64,000 nucleotides of DNA from Dehalococcoidia bacterium (GTDB lineage: Bacteria > Chloroflexota > Dehalococcoidia > Lucifugimonadales > G963668185), in assembly GCA_965116985.1 (NCBI GenBank), contig OZ220745.1, positions 2,788,461-2,852,460 on the forward strand, read 5' to 3'. The notes beneath the pieces are model-generated. The model was not told the origin of the DNA, did not search any database, and saw nothing but the letters and a program-made list of their open reading frames with translations. Positions within the stretch are counted from its first letter, which is position 1; each line of letters starts with the position of its first letter. Positions 1 to 9,432 of this stretch are shown one piece after another. Made by a program: the position numbers and the translations under genes.

Positions 1-1
1 G

Positions 2-178
2 GCCGGCACAATCGCGGCGCCGGTCTTGTACGGGCGGATCGCGGACGCGTTCAATCTTAGAGTCGCAATGATCTCTATGAGCGTTGCGACAGCGCTTATA
101 CTGCCGGTGAGCATGGCCTTCGGGCGACTGATCACCGGCACTGGCCCGCAGCGCCTCGCGGAGTCTGCTGGACACTAA
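2..178 (+). CDS. 3' end of a membrane transporter gene (MFS-like guess; 5' end outside window)
   Basis: Frame open from the window edge to TAA at ~176-178. The translation ...VLYGRIADAFNLRVAMISMSVATALILPVSMAFGRLITG... is a hydrophobic TM-type tail. The family is a guess. Confidence 0.35.
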   Translation, partial: AGTIAAPVLYGRIADAFNLRVAMISMSVATALILPVSMAFGRLITGTGPQRLAESAGH

Positions 179-245
179 CCATTTGGGCGTAGATTTGGGC
201 TACACTTTATTGGCTGTGCTAACTACCGGTCACAGGAGCGAAGGC

Positions 246-686
246 TTGGCAGAACAGGGTCTGGCAACCGAGGACTCAGAGCTCTCGTCTGACGCAGGCG
301 GCGGTTGCCGCCTGACCGGGCTGGTCACGCGTGGCTTCGGCCGCGGCAGGGAGCTCGGCTTTCCGACGGCCAACATCGATCTGAGCCACGGGCCACAGAT
401 ACCGGGCAACGGCATCTACGCAGCGTGGGCCCATCTCCCCGACGGCAAGTACATGGCCGCGGTCAGCGTGGGCGTGAATCCGACGTTCGAGGAGCGGGTG
501 CAGGCCGTGGAGGCCTACCTGCTTGACTTCGACAGGGATGTTTACGGGCAGACGATGACCCTGGAGTTTGTCGAGAAACTCAGGGACGAGGTCGAGTACA
601 TGGGCGTTGGCCCGCTGATCGCGCAGATCCAGCGCGACGTGGACCAGACGCGGGCGCTGCTGTCTGGCGGCGGACGCGCCGGATAG
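246..686 (+). CDS. Riboflavin kinase (monofunctional, RibF C-terminal-domain type)
   Basis: GRGRELGFPTANI, VGVNPTF and EAYLLDFDRDVYG are riboflavin-kinase motifs. No FAD-synthetase domain lies upstream. Start is uncertain: TTG 246 has AGGAG 7 nt upstream; the ORF track starts at TTG 183. Confidence 0.8.
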   Translation: MAEQGLATEDSELSSDAGGGCRLTGLVTRGFGRGRELGFPTANIDLSHGPQIPGNGIYAAWAHLPDGKYMAAVSVGVNPTFEERVQAVEAYLLDFDRDVYGQTMTLEFVEKLRDEVEYMGVGPLIAQIQRDVDQTRALLSGGGRAG

Positions 687-696
687 GGCAGACGAG

Positions 697-2031
697 ATGG
701 CATCGAAGACATCTGCGAGAGAGACGGGACAGTCGGCGGTCGTAAACGAGATGCGAGCCCGTGGGCTTGTTCATCGCTCCGACGCGGGCGAGGAGAGCAT
801 CACGCCGGGCCTCGAAGTGCTCCTGTCCGAGGAGCAGGTGACCGGGTACATAGGGTTCGATCCGACGGCCGACAGCCTGCACGCAGGAAACCTCGTGCCG
901 ATCATGCTGCTGGTGCACCTGCAGCGGCACGGTCACCGGCCCATCGGCATCGTGGGCGGCGGCACGGGCCTGATTGGCGATCCGGGCGGCCGGTCGGCGG
1001 AGCGGCCATTGCTGAGCCGCGAGGACGCCGAAGCCAACCTCGAAGGCATGCGGCGGCAGCTAGAGAGGTTCCTCGACTTCGATTCTCCGGGCAATGCCGC
1101 AATGATGATCAACAACGCGGACTGGCTGGACGGGATGAATCTGCTCGACTTCCTGCGAGACGTGGGCAAGCACTTCACGATCAATTTCATGCAGGCGAAG
1201 GAGGCGGTGAAGTGGCGGATGGAGCAGGAAGAGGGCATCTCCTTCACAGAGTTCAGCTACCCGCTGCTCCAGGCGTACGATTATCTAGTGCTGCACGACC
1301 GGTACGGTTGCAGACTGCAGATGGGCGGAAGCGATCAGTGGGGCAACCTGACAACCGGCGTGGAGTATCTTCGGCGCGCGAGGGGAGTGCAGGCGCACGC
1401 GTTGGCCGCGCCGCTGCTGCTGACCGCAACGGGCGAGAAGTTCGGCAAGTCGGTTGGCGGGGGCTCTGTGTGGCTCGACCCCAACAAGACATCTCCGTAC
1501 CGGTTCTACCAGTACTGGTTCAACACGGACGACAGGGACGTTGGGAAGTTTCTGAAGCTGTTCACGCTGCTCCATCTCGATGAGATCGAAGACCTGGAGC
1601 GGGAGGCGGCGGACAAGCCTGAAGCGAGGGCGGCCCAACGCCGGCTCGCCTCCGAAGTCACGCGAATGGTGCACGGAGAGACAGCGCTGGCGGGCGCGGT
1701 CCGTGCGTCCGAGGTGCTGTTCGGCGGCGACGTCGCCGGGCTGAGCGCGGACGAGGTGTCCGAGATCCTCGAAGACGCGCCGAGCATGGCCGTTGCCAGA
1801 GGCAGGTTCGAAGGTGAGGGCACCCGGCTGCAGGACCTGGTCGGAGGGACTGGGCTGTCGCCTTCGGCCGGAGAAGCTCGGAGGGCGATCCAGGGCGGCG
1901 GCATATACCTCAACAACCAGCGAATAACCGACGTACGGTTCCGGGTCACGCTTGAGCACACCATCGAAGGCAAGGTCATCTTCCTCAGGCGGGGCGCAAG
2001 AGAGTACCGCCTCCTGCACATCGAGGGTTAA
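697..2031 (+). CDS. tyrS: Tyrosine--tRNA ligase
   Basis: Class-I aaRS HIGH-type motif (FDPTADSLHAGNL), KMSKS-type motif (KFGKS) and a C-terminal S4-like domain (RRAIQGGGIYLNNQRI). Confidence 0.95.
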   Translation: MASKTSARETGQSAVVNEMRARGLVHRSDAGEESITPGLEVLLSEEQVTGYIGFDPTADSLHAGNLVPIMLLVHLQRHGHRPIGIVGGGTGLIGDPGGRSAERPLLSREDAEANLEGMRRQLERFLDFDSPGNAAMMINNADWLDGMNLLDFLRDVGKHFTINFMQAKEAVKWRMEQEEGISFTEFSYPLLQAYDYLVLHDRYGCRLQMGGSDQWGNLTTGVEYLRRARGVQAHALAAPLLLTATGEKFGKSVGGGSVWLDPNKTSPYRFYQYWFNTDDRDVGKFLKLFTLLHLDEIEDLEREAADKPEARAAQRRLASEVTRMVHGETALAGAVRASEVLFGGDVAGLSADEVSEILEDAPSMAVARGRFEGEGTRLQDLVGGTGLSPSAGEARRAIQGGGIYLNNQRITDVRFRVTLEHTIEGKVIFLRRGAREYRLLHIEG

Positions 2032-2034
2032 CGG

Positions 2035-3114
2035 TTGAACCTCCGAATACCGGGCCCCATCCCTGTGGCGGACGACGTGCTGCAGGTTATGGCCGAGCCG
2101 ATGATCAACCATCGCGGCCCTGAGTTCGCCGCCATCATCGAGCGCGTCACCGAGCGGCTCAAGACGGTGTTTGAGACGTCTGGCGACGTGTACATCATGA
2201 CTTCGTCCGGCACGGGCGCTATGGAGGCGGCTATCGTGAACACGCTGTCCCCGGGGGACAGCGTGCTGTGCGCGTCCTCGGGGGTGTTCGGCGAGCGCTT
2301 CGGCCAGATCGCCGAGATATACGGCGCGGCCGTTGGGTGGCTGAGGTTCCCCGACGGCGAGGCTTTGGACGCCGACCGACTTCGCGAGGCCGTTCGAGCA
2401 GAGACGGAGCTCAAGGCTGTGCTGGTCACGCAGAACGAGACGTCGACCGGCGTCATGAACGACATGGAGGCACTGAGCGCGGCGGTGAAAGAGGAGTCGG
2501 ACGCCCTGCTGCTGGTGGACGGCATCAGCAGCGTGTGCTCGCTCCCGCTCCGTACCGACGCATGGGGGTGCGACGCTGTGGCCACGGCCTCGCAGAAGGG
2601 CTGGGGGCTGCCGCCCGGACTCGCATTCCTCAGCTTCAGCGAACCGGCGTGGGAGGCGCACGCAAGCTCGAAGATGCCGAAGTACTACTTCGACATGGCC
2701 GAGTACCAACGATATCTGGAGATCAGCCAGCCTCCTTACACGCCTGCAGTTTCGCAGATGCTTGCGCTGGACCATGTGCTCGAGCAACTCGTGTCCGAGG
2801 GCATGGGTTCGGTGTTCGAGCGGCACAGACAGATGGGGCAGCTGGTCAGGGACGGCGTCAGATCGCTCGGTCTGGAGATACTGCCAGAAGAGAGCGTGGC
2901 GTCCGACACGGTCACAGCCGTCCGAGTGCCGGAGGGCGTTGACTGCGGCGAGCTGCTGTCTCGCATGAACAGAGAACACGGCGTGGTACTAGCGGGAGGG
3001 CAGCAGCAGCTTGCCGGCAAGATCTTCCGCGTGGGCCACATGGGACGTTGCGAACCGGGGGAACTGGAGCAGGTAATAGAGTGCCTGGCCGAAGTGCTTC
3101 CCGGGCACGAATAG
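2035..3114 (+). CDS. Class-V PLP aminotransferase (serine/alanine-glyoxylate or serine-pyruvate type)
   Basis: N-terminus IPGPIPV...MINHRGPEF, SSGTGAMEAA and a PLP-lysine context ATASQKGWGLPPG, typical of AGXT-family enzymes. Confidence 0.85.
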   Translation: MNLRIPGPIPVADDVLQVMAEPMINHRGPEFAAIIERVTERLKTVFETSGDVYIMTSSGTGAMEAAIVNTLSPGDSVLCASSGVFGERFGQIAEIYGAAVGWLRFPDGEALDADRLREAVRAETELKAVLVTQNETSTGVMNDMEALSAAVKEESDALLLVDGISSVCSLPLRTDAWGCDAVATASQKGWGLPPGLAFLSFSEPAWEAHASSKMPKYYFDMAEYQRYLEISQPPYTPAVSQMLALDHVLEQLVSEGMGSVFERHRQMGQLVRDGVRSLGLEILPEESVASDTVTAVRVPEGVDCGELLSRMNREHGVVLAGGQQQLAGKIFRVGHMGRCEPGELEQVIECLAEVLPGHE

Positions 3115-3122
3115 GAGACTAG

Positions 3123-5780
3123 ATGAGCGCAATCACCTTCGAAAAGCACACGCTTTCGAACGGCCTCGACCTGATACTTCACGAAGACCACAGCCTGCCC
3201 ATGGTGGCCGTAAACGTCTGGTATCACGTGGGCTCCAAGAACGAAGAGCCCGGCAAGACCGGGTTCGCCCACCTCTTCGAACATGTCATGTTCGAGGGCT
3301 CGAAGCACAACAGCGAGGGGCACTTCGAGCCGCTGCAGAAGGTGGGCGCCAATCTGAACGGCTCCACTAGCACCGACCGGACGAACTACTGGGAGAACGT
3401 TCCCTCCAACTACCTGGAGCTGGCACTCTGGCTGGAGGCGGACCGGATGGGCTTTCTGCTGGAGGCGCTCGACCAGCAGCGTTTCGATGTTCAGCGGGAC
3501 GTGGTGAAGAACGAACGCAGGCAGAGCTACGAGAACCGGCCGTACGGCCTCTCGCAGATGCTCATTCAGCCGGCGGTGTTTCCTCTGCCGCACCCGTATA
3601 ACTGGATGACGATCGGCTCCCAGGAAGACCTGGACGCGGCGTCGCTGGACGACGTCAAGGCCTTCTTCTCAAGGTTCTACTCGCCGTCGAACGCGAGCCT
3701 GTCGATAGCGGGCGACATCGATCCGAGCCAGGTCGCGGACCTTGTGGAGAAGTACTTCGGAAGTCTGCCGCCCGGCCCTGAGGTGCAGCGCATAGGCCGG
3801 ATGGACTCCGACCTGCGGGGCCGCGTGCACCTTTCGACGACGGACCGGGTCCAGCTCTCCAGGCTGTACATGGTGTGGCCGTCCGTGCCCGTGTTCGATG
3901 AAGAAGAGCCAGCGCTGGACGCGCTGGGCGTGATCCTTGGCGACGGGAAGAGTTCGCGGCTGCATCGTTCTCTGGTGTACCAGAAGCAGATCGCCCGGGA
4001 CGTTGCCGTCCACAACTACGGGCAGGAGATTGCGGGCGAGTTCATCATCCAGGTCACGGCCGCGCCCGGACACTCGCTGGAGGAGATCGAGGCGGAACTG
4101 GAGCGGGAGCTCGACACTCTGCGTTCGCGGCCACCGACGGAAGAAGAGGTGCAGCGAGCCAAGAACCGGATCGAGAGTCATCACGTGGCGCAGATGGAGC
4201 GCGTGGGGGGATTCGGCGGCCGCGCCGACATGCTGAACCTGTTCAACACGTACCTGGGCGACCCGGAGGCGATAAACCGGGACTTGGACCGGTACATGAC
4301 GATTGAGCCGGCGGACGTGCAAAAGGCCGCAGGCATGCTCGGCGACAACGCGGTGCGGCTCGCGGTGCTGCCGCAGAGCGGATACGCCGCGTCGAAGTCG
4401 AGCGTGGACCGCACGACCGTGCCTTCGGCGGGCGCGCGGCCGTCGTTCGCTCCGCCAGTGCCGGTGCGGTCGCGCCTTGCGAACGGCGTCGATGTTCTCG
4501 TGGCGTCCAAATCTGACCTTCCGGTGATATCCACCGGCATGTTTCTGAGGGGAGGCGCTGAGACTGACCCGGCGGACCTGCCTGGCCTGGACCACCTCGC
4601 GATGTCGATGCTGCCTGAGGGCGCGGGCTCTCGAACGAGCCAAGATATTGCGTCCCGCATGGAGTACCTCGGCACGGAGCTTTCGGCAAGTTCTTCGCGC
4701 GAGTATTCGTCGCTGGCGACGGGCGCGCTGACATCCAGGTGGGACGATGCGATGGAGGTGTTCGCCGAAGTGCTGTTGGACCCCACGTTCCCCGAGCATG
4801 AGCTCGAACGCGTGCGCAGGGAGAGGCTCACGGACCTGCGGCGCATTTCGGACGACCCGGCAGCGATCGCGCGCCGTGCGGCCCGCGCTTTGCTCTTCGG
4901 CGCAGACTCGCCGTGCGGACACCCCGCCTCGGGTACGGAAGCGTCCGTGTCCGCCATCTCCAGAGATGATGCGGCGGGACACTTCGCGTCCCGGTACGGT
5001 CCGGCTCAAGCCACTCTGATCCTTGTGGGCGACATAACGCCGGACGAGGCGTTCCAGAAGTCTGAGCGCTACTTCGGAGAGTGGAATGACTCGTCCGCTT
5101 CGGGTGAGGCGCAGTCGGCAGACAGCGACCGACCCGATGACAGGACGACCACGATCTACCTGGCCGACAAGCCTGGAGCGGCGCAGTCCGTCCTGTACGC
5201 GGGCTTCGTGACGCTGCCGAGGTCGCACCCCGACTACTACGCGGTCGTGCTGTTGAACGACGCGTTCGGCGGCCAGTACTCGGCCAGGCTGAACATGAAC
5301 CTCCGCCAGGACAAGGGCTACAGCTACGGATTCATGTCCACTGTCGACTGGCGCAACGGGCCCTCCGCACTGCTCGCCGGGGGCGCCGTGCAGACGGCGG
5401 TGACGAAGGAGTCGGTCGAGGAGGTTCTGCGGGAATTCGCCGATGTTGTGAACGACCGGCTGATATCCGAGGAGGAGTTCCAGGCGTCGCGCGACGGCCT
5501 CATCCGGGGATTCCCGTCGGGCTTCGAGTCGCGCCGCCAGCTAATGGCGCAGCTATCGAGGCAGGTGCTGTTCGGATTGCCCGACGACTACCTGACCGGC
5601 TTCCTGGACCGGCTGGAAGCGGTGACGCTCGAAGAGGTGAACGCGGCAGCGGCTTCGCACATGACCCCCGATGGGCTGATGGTGCTGGTCGTGGGCGACC
5701 GGGAGGCGGTTGAGCCGGGCCTCAGAGAACTCGGTCTGCCAATCGTACACGTGGACCACGAGGGCCGCCCGACCGGCTAG
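3123..5780 (+). CDS. M16-family zinc peptidase (pitrilysin/insulinase-like, two M16 units fused)
   Basis: Inverted zinc motif HxxEH in FAHLFEHVMFEGS. The 885-aa length fits an active plus an inactive M16 half. Confidence 0.9.
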   Translation: MSAITFEKHTLSNGLDLILHEDHSLPMVAVNVWYHVGSKNEEPGKTGFAHLFEHVMFEGSKHNSEGHFEPLQKVGANLNGSTSTDRTNYWENVPSNYLELALWLEADRMGFLLEALDQQRFDVQRDVVKNERRQSYENRPYGLSQMLIQPAVFPLPHPYNWMTIGSQEDLDAASLDDVKAFFSRFYSPSNASLSIAGDIDPSQVADLVEKYFGSLPPGPEVQRIGRMDSDLRGRVHLSTTDRVQLSRLYMVWPSVPVFDEEEPALDALGVILGDGKSSRLHRSLVYQKQIARDVAVHNYGQEIAGEFIIQVTAAPGHSLEEIEAELERELDTLRSRPPTEEEVQRAKNRIESHHVAQMERVGGFGGRADMLNLFNTYLGDPEAINRDLDRYMTIEPADVQKAAGMLGDNAVRLAVLPQSGYAASKSSVDRTTVPSAGARPSFAPPVPVRSRLANGVDVLVASKSDLPVISTGMFLRGGAETDPADLPGLDHLAMSMLPEGAGSRTSQDIASRMEYLGTELSASSSREYSSLATGALTSRWDDAMEVFAEVLLDPTFPEHELERVRRERLTDLRRISDDPAAIARRAARALLFGADSPCGHPASGTEASVSAISRDDAAGHFASRYGPAQATLILVGDITPDEAFQKSERYFGEWNDSSASGEAQSADSDRPDDRTTTIYLADKPGAAQSVLYAGFVTLPRSHPDYYAVVLLNDAFGGQYSARLNMNLRQDKGYSYGFMSTVDWRNGPSALLAGGAVQTAVTKESVEEVLREFADVVNDRLISEEEFQASRDGLIRGFPSGFESRRQLMAQLSRQVLFGLPDDYLTGFLDRLEAVTLEEVNAAAASHMTPDGLMVLVVGDREAVEPGLRELGLPIVHVDHEGRPTG

Positions 5781-6474
5781 CTGGCATCTCCTCCCCGGTG
5801 ACGCCGTCCATCCCCGCGATGTGCGCCGCGTCGTTGATCGAGATGAGACGCCAGCCCTTGCAGTCGAACCGGAAGCGCGATATGGAGCAGTTGTCCAGCC
5901 CAAAGCGCCAGATCATGCGCTGGTCGAAGCCCAGTATGTAGCGAATCAGGCAGGTGTGGGCCGTGCCGTGTCCGACCAGGGCGACCCTCATCGAGACCGG
6001 CCTGGAGGCCAGTCCGGGATTGTAGACCAGCTCTTCTTCCACCCATCCGGAGATCCTGCGCTCCACCTCGCGAACGCTTTCACCGCCTTCCGGCTTGTAA
6101 TCGGAGCCCTTGGCCGCCATGTAAGCGCGCACCTCCGGCGTGACAATCTCCGCAAACCGCTTGCCGCGCCACTTGTCCGGCGCTCGCTGCTCTCTCAATG
6201 CGTGGACCTGTGGAATCTCGGTCTCCGGCGCACCCATTTCCTCGACCATGATGCGGGCAGTCATGATTGCGCGCTTGTACGTGGAGCAATAGATTCGGTC
6301 GAAAGTCAGTCCCTCGGCGGCGATACGGGCGCCAAGCCTGCGCGCCTGCTCTTCTCCCTTCGGTGTCAGATTTGAGTCGTAGTTGAGGCTGTGACGGTCT
6401 GGGGGCGAGGCGTTCGACTCCGACTGACCGTGCCTGATCAGGTATAGTTCGCACTCGAACTCTTTGTGGATCAT
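5722..6474 (-). CDS. Histidine phosphatase family protein (phosphoglycerate-mutase-like)
   Basis: YLIRHGQSESN RHG catalytic motif and VGHGT second His motif. The C-terminal tail overlaps the convergent M16 gene by 59 nt. Confidence 0.85.
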   Translation of the reverse strand: MIHKEFECELYLIRHGQSESNASPPDRHSLNYDSNLTPKGEEQARRLGARIAAEGLTFDRIYCSTYKRAIMTARIMVEEMGAPETEIPQVHALREQRAPDKWRGKRFAEIVTPEVRAYMAAKGSDYKPEGGESVREVERRISGWVEEELVYNPGLASRPVSMRVALVGHGTAHTCLIRYILGFDQRMIWRFGLDNCSISRFRFDCKGWRLISINDAAHIAGMDGVTGEEMPASRSGGPRGPRVRLADRVL

Positions 6475-6645
6475 GTTTTCGCACTCCCTTGCCGTCAGAG
6501 TAGCATCCCAAATGGCGGGCGCAAGATGCCGGCCGTTGCTTTACGGAGATTGGGAAGTCACCGGAGGCAGTTCATGGGCCAACTCTCCTGGCCGGCCCCA
6601 TACAACCCTCCGGATGACTGGCTGACCGGCTGGTTTTCTGCGACG

Positions 6646-7323
6646 TTAGTCGCTCCGCAGCTCTGCTGCGTGCGCGGCGTCGTTGATCGAGATCAGTGAC
6701 CAGCCTTTGGAGTCGAACCGTAGGCGTGAAATGGAGCAGTTATCCAGCCACATTCGCCAAATCATCCGCTGGTCGAAACCGAGGATGTGGCGCAGCAGGC
6801 ATCGAGTGGCAGTACCGTGGCCGACGATGGCAACGGTCATGGATACGGACCGCGAGACCAACTCAGGGTTGTAGATCAGCTCGTCCTCCAGCCACATGGA
6901 AACCCTGCGCTCAACCTCGCGCACACCTTCCCCGTCAGGCTCCTTGAAGTCGCTCCCTTTTGCGGCGCTGAGCGCGAGGTACTGGGGTGTCAGAACATCT
7001 TCAGTTCGCTTGCCACGCCAGGATTCGGGCGCCTCGTGCTCCCTTATCGCCCGGACCGGCGGGATGTTCGCATCGGGCAGTCCCATCGCTGTAACCATGA
7101 TGCGTGCCGTCTGCACCGCACGCACGTAAGACGAGCTGTAGATGCGGTCAAACTTCACGCCTTCCGCGGCGAGACGGGCTCCCAGCCGCTTCGCCTGATC
7201 TTTCCCTCTAGCGGTAAGCTCGGAATCGAAGTCGGAGCCGGCGATCAGTCCCGGCTGAGCGTTGGACTCCGACTGACCGTGCCTGATCAGGTAGAAGTCG
7301 CAATCGAAGTCCCTGTGAATCAA
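6646..7323 (-). CDS. Histidine phosphatase family protein (tandem paralog of 5722-6474)
   Basis: YLIRHGQSESN and VGHGT motifs. Collinear with the neighbouring paralog over its full length. Confidence 0.85.
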   Translation of the reverse strand: MIHRDFDCDFYLIRHGQSESNAQPGLIAGSDFDSELTARGKDQAKRLGARLAAEGVKFDRIYSSSYVRAVQTARIMVTAMGLPDANIPPVRAIREHEAPESWRGKRTEDVLTPQYLALSAAKGSDFKEPDGEGVREVERRVSMWLEDELIYNPELVSRSVSMTVAIVGHGTATRCLLRHILGFDQRMIWRMWLDNCSISRLRFDSKGWSLISINDAAHAAELRSD

Positions 7324-7454
7324 TTCCGCGCTCTCCTTGAATTCAGGTTAACACCCGAATGGGCAAGGCGTTATAATGTTCGCCACTTTACGGAGCCTGG
7401 GACTGCGACCGCGCAGGCAGCGCCTCGCTGGGCCCGGGCAAGGAGTTTACAGGC

Positions 7455-8384
7455 ATGGGAAACCGGCTTGAAGGAAAGGTGGCAGTTGTCACGGGCGGCG
7501 GTCGAGGCATTGGCCGAGGCATCGCGCTTCTGCTTGCGGACGAAGGGGCCTCGGTTGTAGTCAACGACCTGGGCTGCGACGTCGACGGCACTGGCGAGTC
7601 CAACATACCGGCGGACCGCGCCGTCGAGGACATCAATAGCCGTGGGGGCGCGGCCGTAGCGAACTACGACAACGTGGCCTCGATGGATGGCGCGGAGAAC
7701 CTGATCAGGACCGCTGTGGACGCGTACGGCAAGCTGGACATCCTGATCAACAGCGCTGGCATTCTCCGCGACAGGATGATCTACCAGATGACGCCCGGCG
7801 AGTTCGACCTGGTCATTCGAAACAATGTCAAGGGCAACTTCGCGCCGACCAAGTTTGCGGCGATCCTGTTCAGGCAGCAGCGGAGCGGACGCGTTGTGAA
7901 CATGACCTCGGACGCCGGACTCGGGGACATCGGTCGTTCGAACTACGCGGCAGCCTCTGAGGGCATCGTCGGGCTTACCCGTACGGTCGCGCGCGACATG
8001 GGCCGGTACGGCGTAACGTGCAACGCCATCTCTCCGATGGTGGAGACGCGGCTATTCCCAGGTACGGTGGATGAGTACCGGGTTGCCACCGGCATTTCGC
8101 CCACACCTGACGAGCGGGCGGGCATCGGCCCGTTCCCGGCGCTGGAGGCCGGGGACTGGGATGGCGAAGGCGGGCCGGACGATCCGGAGAACGTGGCGCC
8201 CCTGGCGGTGTACCTGTGCACGGACGCCGCCGCGCAGATCAACGGCAACGTGCTGGGCGTGAGGCGCGGCAGCATCTTCGTCTACTCCAACCCCGAGGTG
8301 GAGAGGGCAATCCACAAGTATGGTAACTTCACGATGGAAGAGATGGACACGCTGGTCCCCCGAGTGCTGGGCACCGGTTTCTAG
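7455..8384 (+). CDS. Short-chain dehydrogenase/reductase (SDR) family protein with an atypical YxxxS active-site region
   Basis: Rossmann motif VVTGGGRGIGRG and NSAG. The catalytic region reads SNYAAASEG, so Tyr is present but the canonical Lys is Ser. Confidence 0.85.
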   Translation: MGNRLEGKVAVVTGGGRGIGRGIALLLADEGASVVVNDLGCDVDGTGESNIPADRAVEDINSRGGAAVANYDNVASMDGAENLIRTAVDAYGKLDILINSAGILRDRMIYQMTPGEFDLVIRNNVKGNFAPTKFAAILFRQQRSGRVVNMTSDAGLGDIGRSNYAAASEGIVGLTRTVARDMGRYGVTCNAISPMVETRLFPGTVDEYRVATGISPTPDERAGIGPFPALEAGDWDGEGGPDDPENVAPLAVYLCTDAAAQINGNVLGVRRGSIFVYSNPEVERAIHKYGNFTMEEMDTLVPRVLGTGF

Positions 8385-8447
8385 GTGAATCGAGCGCGCG
8401 CAGGGACGGCACACGACAAACAAAGTGGACGATCAGGGGGCACGATT

Positions 8448-9416
8448 ATGGGCAACAGGCTAGAGGGCAGAGTCGCCATAGTGACCGGCGCCGGCCGGGG
8501 AATCGGCGCGGAGGTGGCGAAGTGGCTGGCCGCTGACGGCGCGTCGGTCATCGTCAACGACCTGGGAGGCGCGGTTGACGGCACGGGCACTTCCGATGCC
8601 CCGGCGCAGATAGTTGTGGACGAGATCAAAGAGGACGGGGGCGAGGCCACGGCTAACTTCGACTCGGTTGCAGAGTTCGACACGGCAGGCAAGATCATTC
8701 GGTCCGCGATAGAAAAGTACGGACGGCTGGACATCGTGTGCCACGTGGCCGGCATCCTGCGGGATCGAATGGTCTTCAACATGACGGAGACGGAGTGGGA
8801 CGGCGTGCTGGACGTGCACCTGTACGGGGCGTTCAACATGGTCAAGCATGCCACGCCGCACATGATGAGGCAGAAGCACGGGCGCATCGTGCTGTTCTCG
8901 TCAGGCTCCGGGCTTGGCTCCACAGGACAGAGCAACTACTCGGCCGCCAAAGAAGGCATGGTCGGGATGGCCAGATCGCTGGCCAGAGAGCTTGCGCCTC
9001 ACGGCATTACGGTGAACGCCGTGTACCCTGGCGGAAGCACGCGCATGACGGCCACGGTGCCGGACAGGTCACGCCAGATCAAGAGCCAGGAACGGCAGCA
9101 GGCCGCGGCCGCAGCGGCGGGCGCAGCGGGCACGATGCAGGCGCAAGGCGCGCCGATCCAGGGCCCCGAAGAGGCCAGAGACCCGGCCAACAATGCGCCG
9201 AAGACCGTGTACCTGTGTTCGGACGCTGCCGCCGACATCACGGGCCAGGTGTTCGGTACCAGCGGCTGGGTGATGTCGCTATACTCTCCGAGGCACGTGA
9301 TCCGCAGCATCCACAAGAACGGGCGCTGGACGCTGGACGAGTTGGACGACGTCATGCCGATCTCGATCTCCAACGGCCTGATCAATCCAGTCCCGGCCCA
9401 ACAGCCGAGGCAGTAA
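8448..9416 (+). CDS. Short-chain dehydrogenase/reductase (SDR) family protein
   Basis: IVTGAGRGIGAE, HVAG and a canonical SNYSAAKEG (YxxxK). ATG at 8448 gives an MGNRLEGRVAIVTG N-terminus parallel to the upstream paralog. There is an Ala/Gln-rich insert near residue 215. Confidence 0.9.
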   Translation: MGNRLEGRVAIVTGAGRGIGAEVAKWLAADGASVIVNDLGGAVDGTGTSDAPAQIVVDEIKEDGGEATANFDSVAEFDTAGKIIRSAIEKYGRLDIVCHVAGILRDRMVFNMTETEWDGVLDVHLYGAFNMVKHATPHMMRQKHGRIVLFSSGSGLGSTGQSNYSAAKEGMVGMARSLARELAPHGITVNAVYPGGSTRMTATVPDRSRQIKSQERQQAAAAAAGAAGTMQAQGAPIQGPEEARDPANNAPKTVYLCSDAAADITGQVFGTSGWVMSLYSPRHVIRSIHKNGRWTLDELDDVMPISISNGLINPVPAQQPRQ

Positions 9417-9432
9417 GCCGCAACCGCGTTAG

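Noticed and set aside
846-866. tRNA T-arm-like GGTTCGATCC string.
   Set aside because: It lies inside the tyrS coding frame (GFDPTA). No acceptor or anticodon stems can be drawn around it.
1285-2979. 564-aa ORF on the minus strand across tyrS and the aminotransferase.
   Set aside because: It is antisense to two genes with clear catalytic motifs. The Arg/Leu/His-rich, motif-free translation is typical of shadow ORFs in GC-rich DNA.
3669-5228. 519-aa minus-strand ORF inside the M16 peptidase gene.
   Set aside because: Shadow ORF. It is Arg-rich with no recognisable domain, whereas the plus-strand frame carries the HxxEH peptidase motif.
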